Source of the DNA: Candidatus Saccharimonadota bacterium
GTDB taxonomy: Bacteria > Patescibacteriota > Saccharimonadia > Saccharimonadales > SLHW01
Reading direction: 5' to 3'
NCBI GenBank assembly: GCA_024635455.1
Contig: JAGXIU010000002.1
Span: forward strand, 108,309 to 172,308
Length of the DNA: 64,000 nucleotides
Of the stretch, positions 55,277 to 62,616 are shown one piece after another; position 1 is the stretch's first letter, and each line of letters opens with the position of its first letter. The translations under genes and the position numbers were made by a program. Below the pieces are notes generated by a model. It ran no database searches. It was not told the origin of the DNA and saw only the letters and a program-made list of their open reading frames with translations.

Positions 55277-56992
55277 CTACAACACTCCACCTGGAATAAT
55301 CCACTGCAAGAATGCGAAGATAAATAGATAGGCAACTAGAGCAATCAATGCATTTGTAATGCGTTTCTTGGCTGCTGCGACAGCTTGAGGATTGCCGCTG
55401 GCAGATGAGTACTGTATACCACCGAGTACTATCATGGCGACAACAACGAGGCCAACTAAGACAGACAGTGCGTCTGTGAATACTCGAACGTAGAATATAA
55501 TTTTGCAGTTGTCTGGCGTCAAGACATCTCCATCACAGTCGGCTTCTATTTGCTGACGGTATGCTTCTGGATTAGTTACGCCGAGCACAACTGGGTCAAC
55601 AATAACCCCATTGGCCTCGCCGTCTTCATCAAGCGCTCCACCATCTGTGACACTGTAGGATACCTCAAGCGCTCGCTTACCTTTGTGCATGACGCTTTCA
55701 ATTGATGCACTCGATATATTAGTGTATTCATTTGTCTGCAAGTTGTACTTCCGTAGTACAGCGCCAGCCGGGTCGGCTTCCGTGTAGTAATGTTTGGTAA
55801 TACGAGCTGTTGAGCCAGCCTCATCACAATTGAGCGTGAAAGACATAATGCCAAAAGGGTAGATATAGGTATTATCGTCGTCTCGTGAGCTTGTATAAGT
55901 CATAAAGCCAGCCGACTCAGTGGAACAGCCAGCTACTCGCATAGATACAAAAGAGCCACTTGTGCTACTGAATACATTGGTTATATCGTCTCCTTCTGTG
56001 ACGTTGTCTATCGGCACCGCTACAGCAGAGCCACCACCACCGGTTGGATCAGCATCGTCATAATAGCCGTCTGGTAGTTGGTCGACAACTTCGAAGGAGA
56101 GAGTTTTACTCGTTCCTTCGGTTACTGGTGTCCCTGGCGGGTAGTAGCCATTAATACAGCTCAATCTGAGATAATATTGTCCGAGCTCAGAACCGACATT
56201 AAAAGTAGCCGTACCTCCACCACGGCTGGTTTCTATGAGTGATCCTGTATCGTTTGCGGTCTGTTTCTTGTACAGTGCACATTCATCAGGGGCGTCGCCT
56301 TCCCAGTGTGACCAGCTGGCGGTCAAGTCGCCACCACTCGGTATCTTGGCGCTATCGGTAATTTGTTGCCCCTCGTGACTTAGTTCAAGTGTCATACGTG
56401 GACGATTTTCCAAACCAACGTATACAGGGCTAGATGTATAGATCGGCCCTGTACCTACTTTACGTGAATTGCCTGCCGGGCCACAGTACGTTAAGTCATT
56501 CGGGTAATCACGTGCACAACGAGGATCTCGCTCGTATGTCTCGATATATGCAGAGTAGGTGTAGTAGTTCCCACGCTCAACGTTATAATCAATGTGAGTT
56601 AATGCGCTACCACGACAAGTATCGTGGACGGGAAAGTCTTTGCGGCAACTGGCAATTTCAGTGCCGTCTCGAAGCAAGGTATAGACAAAAAAAGGAGTAT
56701 CGCTTGAATCACTACCATAATAGGTTGGTGTTGCATTCGAATATGGCCAAGCTTCAGATTTAATGTAGAGATCACCTTGCTGGTCTCCTTGGGATGCTGG
56801 AAGGTATTTAGCAGGATAACCAGCAATTGAACTAATTCTATGTATACGTATATCATTATACGACTGCGCATCCGCCTTATCTGATGCTATACTCACATAC
56901 CCAAGTAGGCCGACAAGTAGCAATGCAGCGCAGAAGAAGAATATATGCTTTCTGGTAACGTGTATTTGTGTTCGATAAGTTGATAACTTCAT
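55277..56992 (-). CDS. Secreted ~570-aa surface protein ending in a VirB2/TrbC-like T4SS-pilin helical hairpin
   Basis: I moved the start to ATG 56992 (MKLSTYRT...), which gives a signal peptide ending ASDKADA. The C-terminus is LSVLVGLVVVAMIVLGGIQYSSASGNPQAVAAAKKRITNALIALVAYLFIFAFLQWIIPGGVL. That is two TM helices joined by a short polar loop. Confidence 0.65.
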   Translation of the reverse strand: MKLSTYRTQIHVTRKHIFFFCAALLLVGLLGYVSIASDKADAQSYNDIRIHRISSIAGYPAKYLPASQGDQQGDLYIKSEAWPYSNATPTYYGSDSSDTPFFVYTLLRDGTEIASCRKDFPVHDTCRGSALTHIDYNVERGNYYTYSAYIETYERDPRCARDYPNDLTYCGPAGNSRKVGTGPIYTSSPVYVGLENRPRMTLELSHEGQQITDSAKIPSGGDLTASWSHWEGDAPDECALYKKQTANDTGSLIETSRGGGTATFNVGSELGQYYLRLSCINGYYPPGTPVTEGTSKTLSFEVVDQLPDGYYDDADPTGGGGSAVAVPIDNVTEGDDITNVFSSTSGSFVSMRVAGCSTESAGFMTYTSSRDDDNTYIYPFGIMSFTLNCDEAGSTARITKHYYTEADPAGAVLRKYNLQTNEYTNISSASIESVMHKGKRALEVSYSVTDGGALDEDGEANGVIVDPVVLGVTNPEAYRQQIEADCDGDVLTPDNCKIIFYVRVFTDALSVLVGLVVVAMIVLGGIQYSSASGNPQAVAAAKKRITNALIALVAYLFIFAFLQWIIPGGVL

Positions 56993-57073
56993 GCGTATTT
57001 CCGTGTTATAACTCTTATGGTATATTAGACTATAATTAGATTGCAAATTAAAGCAGAAATGCCGTGAAATATT

Positions 57074-57775
57074 ATGGACCAAAACTCATCACCCAATAAG
57101 ACAATTAATAATCAAAAAAAAGACGATCACTCCTATGATTTCATCATGGATCAGTCACAACAAAATCAAACACCAGAGCAACCAAAAAAGAAGCGCTTGT
57201 TTGTAACCATATCAATTATTATAGTGCTGCTTTTGCTCGGTGGTCTATTGTGGCTGGTTGTAGCGAGTGATGATGCCGCCGACCAAGCAAGCGAACAAAC
57301 GCAAGGAACGACGGCCGACCAGCTTACGACACAATTGGAGTTTGAGGATCCGCTCTTTCGGATGGATGTACCAGGCATATGGTTGGTATCAGAAGATTAT
57401 GAGCCAGGTGTCACACCAGTCTTTTTTAGCGGACCAGCCACCCATGAGATAGAAGAGTTTAATGATAGCTCAGAGACAATTACCATGACAGTAAAAGAGT
57501 TTGCGAGCGAAGTATATCCTAACGAGGCAGTTGATTCATCAGACAAAGTTATCGAACAGGACGACTATGAGAATAACGGCGTAACGTATACGTACCGGGT
57601 GTTAGAAAATGCCGTTGATGGTGGCAATGAAGACGGCCCTCGTCGAGCTGTTGCTCGCAACGTCGCGAGACAAGGTGACCGTGTGCTTGTAGCTGAAGTA
57701 GCAGTGCCAGCTGAGGCGTGGAATCACTACCGTGAGCTTATCAACCAAAGCATGCGCTCGCTTGAGCCTAGATAA
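57074..57775 (+). CDS. Bitopic hypothetical protein
   Basis: 233 aa. A polar N-terminus is followed by one TM (LFVTISIIIVLLLLGGLLWLVVA) and an acidic ectodomain. Confidence 0.5.
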   Translation: MDQNSSPNKTINNQKKDDHSYDFIMDQSQQNQTPEQPKKKRLFVTISIIIVLLLLGGLLWLVVASDDAADQASEQTQGTTADQLTTQLEFEDPLFRMDVPGIWLVSEDYEPGVTPVFFSGPATHEIEEFNDSSETITMTVKEFASEVYPNEAVDSSDKVIEQDDYENNGVTYTYRVLENAVDGGNEDGPRRAVARNVARQGDRVLVAEVAVPAEAWNHYRELINQSMRSLEPR

Positions 57776-57803
57776 GTCTAGCCTGTTTAGCAACCAGTAC
57801 AAC

Positions 57804-58808
57804 TTATTTACTAAGTAAGTAGTCGCGGATATCGGCAACTGTGATGGTTTGCTCTATGAGTAAATCGTGCAAGAGTTTGACGGTCTCTATGTCTTTGAGC
57901 CCGGGCAGCTGATCGATAATGCGGAGTGTATTTACGCCTTCTACCAGTTTGTTGCCCTTATGCATCGTGTCGATGGCTTCTTGAGCGGATACGCCTTCAC
58001 CGAGCAGAATACCAAGCTGTCGGTTACGGGTTTCACCAGTGCAGCTCATCCACATATCGTTACCCCACGATTGCCGGCCCATACTGAAGGTGTCGGGGCG
58101 AGCACCAAGTTGCTCAACGCACACGTCAGCAATTGCTTGCGCGGTCTTAGATATTATGTGTGTCTCAGAACCATAGGAAAAGCCAAGGCCCTTGACGATG
58201 CCAGCCAGGATTGAAATGACGTTCTTGAGGGAGGAGGCGTACTCGACCCCAGTGAGATCAGTCGTTGTGTAAACCTGCAGGTTATCTGAAGTGAAAATAT
58301 CTGCCAATGGTTGCAATACGGCTTCTGCCGGGCTGGCGATGTCTATGCCGAGCGGTTCGTGGTGGAACAAGTCGTCGGCTATCGTGCCACCAGCGAGTTG
58401 CGCATAGACGTAGTCGAAACCGTCGAGTTCTTCTGCGGTAACCTCTGATAAGCGTTTACCGGTATCTTTATCTAGCGCCTTAGCAATGTTTACGAGGATG
58501 ACGCCTGGTTTGGCGAATTTTTTGATGGTTTGCATGACGGGCCGGGTGGCGCTTGAGGCGACAGCGACGATGACGATATCAGCGTCTTTTAATAATTCCT
58601 CTGGCGAGTTAGCAAACCGCGTCATATCAGTAATAGTTGTCTCTGTGTGATGGTGCGGGTGCGTGCGGTCAGTGCGGAGCTTATCCATAACTTCATCTAC
58701 GATGTCGTAAGCAATCAGGTCAAAGCTTTCATCATGTTTGTTATCGAGGTGTTTGAGGATAGCGTAGCCGAAAGCGCCGATACCGTAGAGGGCGATGTGT
58801 TTTTTCAT
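57804..58808 (-). CDS. gpsA: NAD(P)H-dependent glycerol-3-phosphate dehydrogenase-like
   Basis: I moved the start to ATG 58808, with TATACT 9 nt upstream at 58818-58823; the track start is TTG. The Rossmann motif is IALYGIGAFGYAI. GNDMWMSCTGETRNRQLGILLGEG matches the GpsA C-domain motif. Confidence 0.65.
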   Translation of the reverse strand: MKKHIALYGIGAFGYAILKHLDNKHDESFDLIAYDIVDEVMDKLRTDRTHPHHHTETTITDMTRFANSPEELLKDADIVIVAVASSATRPVMQTIKKFAKPGVILVNIAKALDKDTGKRLSEVTAEELDGFDYVYAQLAGGTIADDLFHHEPLGIDIASPAEAVLQPLADIFTSDNLQVYTTTDLTGVEYASSLKNVISILAGIVKGLGFSYGSETHIISKTAQAIADVCVEQLGARPDTFSMGRQSWGNDMWMSCTGETRNRQLGILLGEGVSAQEAIDTMHKGNKLVEGVNTLRIIDQLPGLKDIETVKLLHDLLIEQTITVADIRDYLLSK

Positions 58809-58931
58809 AATGGGTTTAGTATAAAGCAACTAAGGACGAGCAACTAGTGGCCAGGAATAGAAGGTGGGTATCACTAAACCCGACAGTCTATAGTGTGTCG
58901 GGTTTAGGAACGAATCGGGTAGAATGGGGGT

Positions 58932-60020
58932 ATGAATGAGAAAAGAGTCGCAATTGTGCATGATTGGCTCTATGGTGGCGGGGCAGAAAAAGTCGTGCAG
59001 GAACTCCACGCGTTGTATCCAGACGCACCGATTTATACCTCATACTGCACTGATGAATGGCGAGAAAGACTGGATAATACGGTTGTAACCGGTTATTTAC
59101 AGCGCTGGCCATTCCGTTCTTTGCGCAAGTTTTTGCCATTGTTGCGTCAATGGTGGTTCGCCTCACTGGATTTATCTGCATATGACGTCGTTATTTCGAG
59201 TTCTGGTAACGGTGAGGCAAAGTTTGTCCGCGTACGTGAAGGAGCCGAACATATTTGTTATTGCCATACACCGACACATTTTTATTGGCGACAATATGAG
59301 CAATACGCCTCGAACCCAGGTTTTCGACCATACTGGTTGGCACGACTTGGGCTGCGCTTGCTAGTGAAGCCACTGCGCCAGCGAGACTACCAGGCGGCGC
59401 AGCGAGTTGATCGATTTATTGCAAACTCGCAGCATATACAGGCAGACATTAAGCAGTTTTATAAGCGTGATTCTGTGGTAATACATCCACCAGTTGCCGT
59501 TGAGCGTTTTCAGTCGGTGGAGGCGGGTGAGCGCCGTGGGTACATAACCGTTGGTCGGCAAACACCATACAAGCGTGTTGACTTGATAATCGAGGCTTGT
59601 AACCAGCTAGGGCTTCCTTTGACAATAGTAGGTAACGGCCCAGAGCATGTACGATTGCAAAAACGAGCTGGTCCAAGCGTGACACTACGTAGCGACGTGG
59701 ATGATGATGAGCTGCCGACTTTACTCGCTCGTGCAGAAGGCTTTATATTTGCAGCTCACGAGGATTTTGGTATTGCGCCGGTGGAGGCTATGGCGGCTGG
59801 CACACCTGTTATTGCCTATCAGGCTGGTGGCGCGCTCGACTATGTCGAGCCAGGTAAGACTGGACTGTTGTTTGCCGAGCAAACGGTGGCGTCATTGGTC
59901 AGCGTGCTGGAGCATTTCCAGGACACGAGTTGGCAACATGATGAGATAGCTGCATCTGCAGATAAGTTTTCAGCAAGTGAGTTTCGTCAAGCGTTTCGTA
60001 ACAATGTTCAGGAAAACTAA
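58932..60020 (+). CDS. Glycosyltransferase family 4
   Basis: 362 aa with the motif EDFGIAPVEAMAAGTPVIAYQAGGALDYVEPGKTG. TAGAAT lies 6 nt before the ATG. Confidence 0.85.
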   Translation: MNEKRVAIVHDWLYGGGAEKVVQELHALYPDAPIYTSYCTDEWRERLDNTVVTGYLQRWPFRSLRKFLPLLRQWWFASLDLSAYDVVISSSGNGEAKFVRVREGAEHICYCHTPTHFYWRQYEQYASNPGFRPYWLARLGLRLLVKPLRQRDYQAAQRVDRFIANSQHIQADIKQFYKRDSVVIHPPVAVERFQSVEAGERRGYITVGRQTPYKRVDLIIEACNQLGLPLTIVGNGPEHVRLQKRAGPSVTLRSDVDDDELPTLLARAEGFIFAAHEDFGIAPVEAMAAGTPVIAYQAGGALDYVEPGKTGLLFAEQTVASLVSVLEHFQDTSWQHDEIAASADKFSASEFRQAFRNNVQEN

Positions 60021-60108
60021 ACCGCTTCGTATAAGAGCAGTCACAAAACATATGCACGAGCGTTGGCGTGGCGAGGGGTTAGAACCTCGCTATAGGCTGT
60101 AATCGATA

Positions 60109-60117
60109 TGCTAGGAT
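60109..60117 (+). promoter_or_regulatory. Extended -10 TGCTAGGAT, 6 nt before ATG 60124
   Basis: The sequence reads aTGCTAGGATaagtgcATG. Confidence 0.45.
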
Positions 60118-60123
60118 AAGTGC

Positions 60124-61158
60124 ATGATTATTGTGATTATTGCCGGTGGCTCGGGTACACGGCTATGGCCGCTCTCGACCAGCGACTATCCGAAGCATCT
60201 ACTAAATATAACTGGTGATACATCTCTGCTGCAGAATACTTACGACAGGGCAACGAAACTTGCTGACACGATTTACGTTATATCGGAGGCTTCACACGCT
60301 CATCATGTATGTGAACAATTGCCGGATTTGTCAGCTGATCATGTCATCGTTGAGCCAGGCCGGCGCGGGACGGCGAGCTGCGTAATTGCAGCGCTAGCAA
60401 AGATTAAAAATTCTCATGATACAGAAGAGCCAATTGTATTTATGCATGCCGATCATCACATTCGCGATACACAAGGCTTTGTCGAGAGTTTGCAGATAGC
60501 TGGCGAGGTTTCAACCAAGCATCAACGGATCGTGCTACTTGGCTTGGTCCCAACTCATCCAGCAACTGGGTTTGGCTACATTCAGCGCGGTGAGCACGCC
60601 AACGGCGGCCAGGTGTTTGATGTGGTGAGCTTCAAAGAGAAGCCAGATAAAACAACTGCTCAGCAATATCTCGATAAGGGAAATTATTTATGGAATATGG
60701 GTTATTTTGTAGCACCTCTTGCTGTTTTTGAGCAAAGTTTACACGAGCATGCACCGCGCTTATGGGAAAACTACCAACAATTAATAGCTGCCAAGCACGC
60801 CAACGAGCATGATGATTATTATCTTGGCTTCGTGAGTGAGTCGATTGACACTGCTCTTATAGAGCGTGTGCCAGATTTGCTGGTGGCGCCAGGTTCATTC
60901 GACTGGATGGATGTTGGTTCGTATAGTGATATGCACCAGGTGAATGAACAGGATGAGGTCGGCAATACAGTGCAAGGCGACGCCCTAGTAGATCAGGTAT
61001 CAAACAGTTACGTGCGAAATGATACTGACGTGCCGGTTGGTGTAATTGGGCTGGATAACGTCGCTGTGGTGGTAACCGACAAAGGTATTCTGGTGACGAA
61101 TAAAACGCATGCGCAGAATGTCGGCTCAATCGCCAAAAAAGCGCAAGGGCAAAGCTAG
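60124..61158 (+). CDS. manC: Mannose-1-phosphate guanylyltransferase, second paralogue
   Basis: 344 aa. It has VIIAGGSGTRLWPLS and FGYIQRG. It is colinear with 52596-53636, and by eye roughly half of the residues are identical. Confidence 0.9.
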   Translation: MIIVIIAGGSGTRLWPLSTSDYPKHLLNITGDTSLLQNTYDRATKLADTIYVISEASHAHHVCEQLPDLSADHVIVEPGRRGTASCVIAALAKIKNSHDTEEPIVFMHADHHIRDTQGFVESLQIAGEVSTKHQRIVLLGLVPTHPATGFGYIQRGEHANGGQVFDVVSFKEKPDKTTAQQYLDKGNYLWNMGYFVAPLAVFEQSLHEHAPRLWENYQQLIAAKHANEHDDYYLGFVSESIDTALIERVPDLLVAPGSFDWMDVGSYSDMHQVNEQDEVGNTVQGDALVDQVSNSYVRNDTDVPVGVIGLDNVAVVVTDKGILVTNKTHAQNVGSIAKKAQGQS

Positions 61159-61194
61159 ATTTATACAAACGTATAAAAGTTATATAATATAACT

Positions 61195-61587
61195 ATGCGA
61201 AAACGAGAAACAATGGAGACATTGCTGGACAATGCTCATATGGCTGTGGCCAAGCTAGCGTATCCCGAGATGCGCGTGCACGGTGATCAGAAAAAGATAT
61301 GGCTGGGCGTCGCAGCCGGCTGTTTGGCTACGGGCGCTGCGGTTGTTGGGCTGGCTGATTCTTATGCCTCTAGTGCTAGTGAGGCGATGATGGTGTCTCC
61401 TGATAGCTTCGGGCTTTGGATAGATACATCGGTCGTACCGGCTATGCCGATGGTGGAAATGTCGAACCAATCGAGGAATATATTTGAGTTTACGGCTGAT
61501 CAGATCGCGTCCGATGATGCAACCGTGTCTCCGCTGGCGCTCATGAGCGGATTGTCGCGCCTCATCTACCGACGTACTCCACGGTAA
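61195..61587 (+). CDS. Hypothetical protein
   Basis: 130-aa ORF with one hydrophobic segment. TATAAT lies 6 nt before the ATG. I recognised no motif. Confidence 0.4.
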   Translation: MRKRETMETLLDNAHMAVAKLAYPEMRVHGDQKKIWLGVAAGCLATGAAVVGLADSYASSASEAMMVSPDSFGLWIDTSVVPAMPMVEMSNQSRNIFEFTADQIASDDATVSPLALMSGLSRLIYRRTPR

Positions 61588-61657
61588 ATTTCTGCTTCAA
61601 CCCAAACATTTAGCCAATAAATACAGCTTATTGATGTTGACCGCTAACTAACGAGTT

Positions 61658-61682
61658 AACTCTTAGGTAGTGAAGAGTTTTT
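61658..61682 (+). terminator. Weak terminator candidate
   Basis: AACTCTT-aggtagtg-AAGAGTT is followed by TTT. Confidence 0.35.
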
Positions 61683-61790
61683 ACTCGAGGATTATCAACA
61701 TCGCTTTTATATCTGCGTACGACCGTAAGTTTTCTTGAGATGAGGCAGACAAATCATCAGAGGAAAGGTTAGATAGCACAGCGATAACAA

Positions 61791-62536
61791 CCACCTATGA
61801 CAAGGACAGTCCTTGTCATAGAGTGTAGAATATGAGTATGCCAAGCAAGAATACGATAAAAGAACATGTGCCTCATTCATATTTCCATATTTATAATCGC
61901 GGAGTTGAAAAAAGAAATATTTTTGTTGATGAGCAAGATTATGAAGTGTTCTTAAGCTATTTTAAAGTTGCACTATCGCCAAAAGAAATGATTGAAAAAG
62001 AACTACAGAAGAATGAGCTAGATTTGCCTGGCATTGGTAGGCTCAGAAGAAGTAATCTTTCTGAAGAGATCGAGTTACTCGCCTTTTGTTTGCTACCCAA
62101 TCACTTTCATCTATTTATTTATCAACACGCAGCTGATGCCATGCAGCGCTTGATGCGGTCTGTCATGACGGGATATGTAATGTACTTTAATCACAAATAT
62201 GATCGTGTAGGCGGGCTATTTCAGGGAAGATATAAGGCATCTCGAATTGATAACGACGCATATTTGGCGCATATTTCTCGATACATACATCTAAATGCAC
62301 TTGATGTGAACATGACACTGGATACGTTTGAGTACTCTAGCTATCCGAACTATATGGCTAGGCGAGAGGCAGTTTGGCTAAAACCCGATAAGATACTAGC
62401 TCTATTTACGGACATAAATGAATATGAAAAATTCTGCAAAGACTACACCTCACAAAAGAAACAGATCGATGCAATCAAGCATCAGCTAGCAGATCATTGA
62501 CCACCTATGACAAGGACAGTCCTTGTCATAGAGTGT
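61791..62536 (+). mobile_element. RAYT/IS200-like unit: Y1 transposase gene bracketed by identical 36-bp hairpin-containing direct repeats
   Basis: CCACCTATGACAAGGACAGTCCTTGTCATAGAGTGT occurs at 61791-61826 and 62501-62536. Each copy folds as the 12-bp stem CTATGACAAGGA-cag-TCCTTGTCATAG. Confidence 0.75.
61832..62500 (+). CDS. REP-associated tyrosine transposase / IS200-family HUH Y1 transposase
   Basis: 222 aa. The HUH motif is LPNHFHLFI and the catalytic Tyr region is SRYIHLNAL. The N-terminus is YFHIYNRGVEKRNIF. The start may be ATG 61838, which is 6 nt after TAGAAT at 61826-61831. Confidence 0.8.
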   Translation: MSMPSKNTIKEHVPHSYFHIYNRGVEKRNIFVDEQDYEVFLSYFKVALSPKEMIEKELQKNELDLPGIGRLRRSNLSEEIELLAFCLLPNHFHLFIYQHAADAMQRLMRSVMTGYVMYFNHKYDRVGGLFQGRYKASRIDNDAYLAHISRYIHLNALDVNMTLDTFEYSSYPNYMARREAVWLKPDKILALFTDINEYEKFCKDYTSQKKQIDAIKHQLADH

Positions 62537-62616
62537 CAAGGAGAGTGTTAGCTTTTTTGGGGCGTGAAGTATAAAAACGGCCCATTTCTGAGGTTATAAC
62601 TTCTGGTTTCTGGATC

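Noticed and set aside
55277-57082. Longer N-terminal extensions given by the ORF track (57082 for the pilin-domain protein, 50044 for GT2, 40443 for GT4, 58829 for gpsA, 10779 for the M23 peptidase)
   Set aside because: The extensions use TTG or GTG starts or add non-signal residues before an obvious signal peptide or Rossmann start. They also overlap promoter-like hexamers or neighbouring genes, so I preferred the internal ATG starts.
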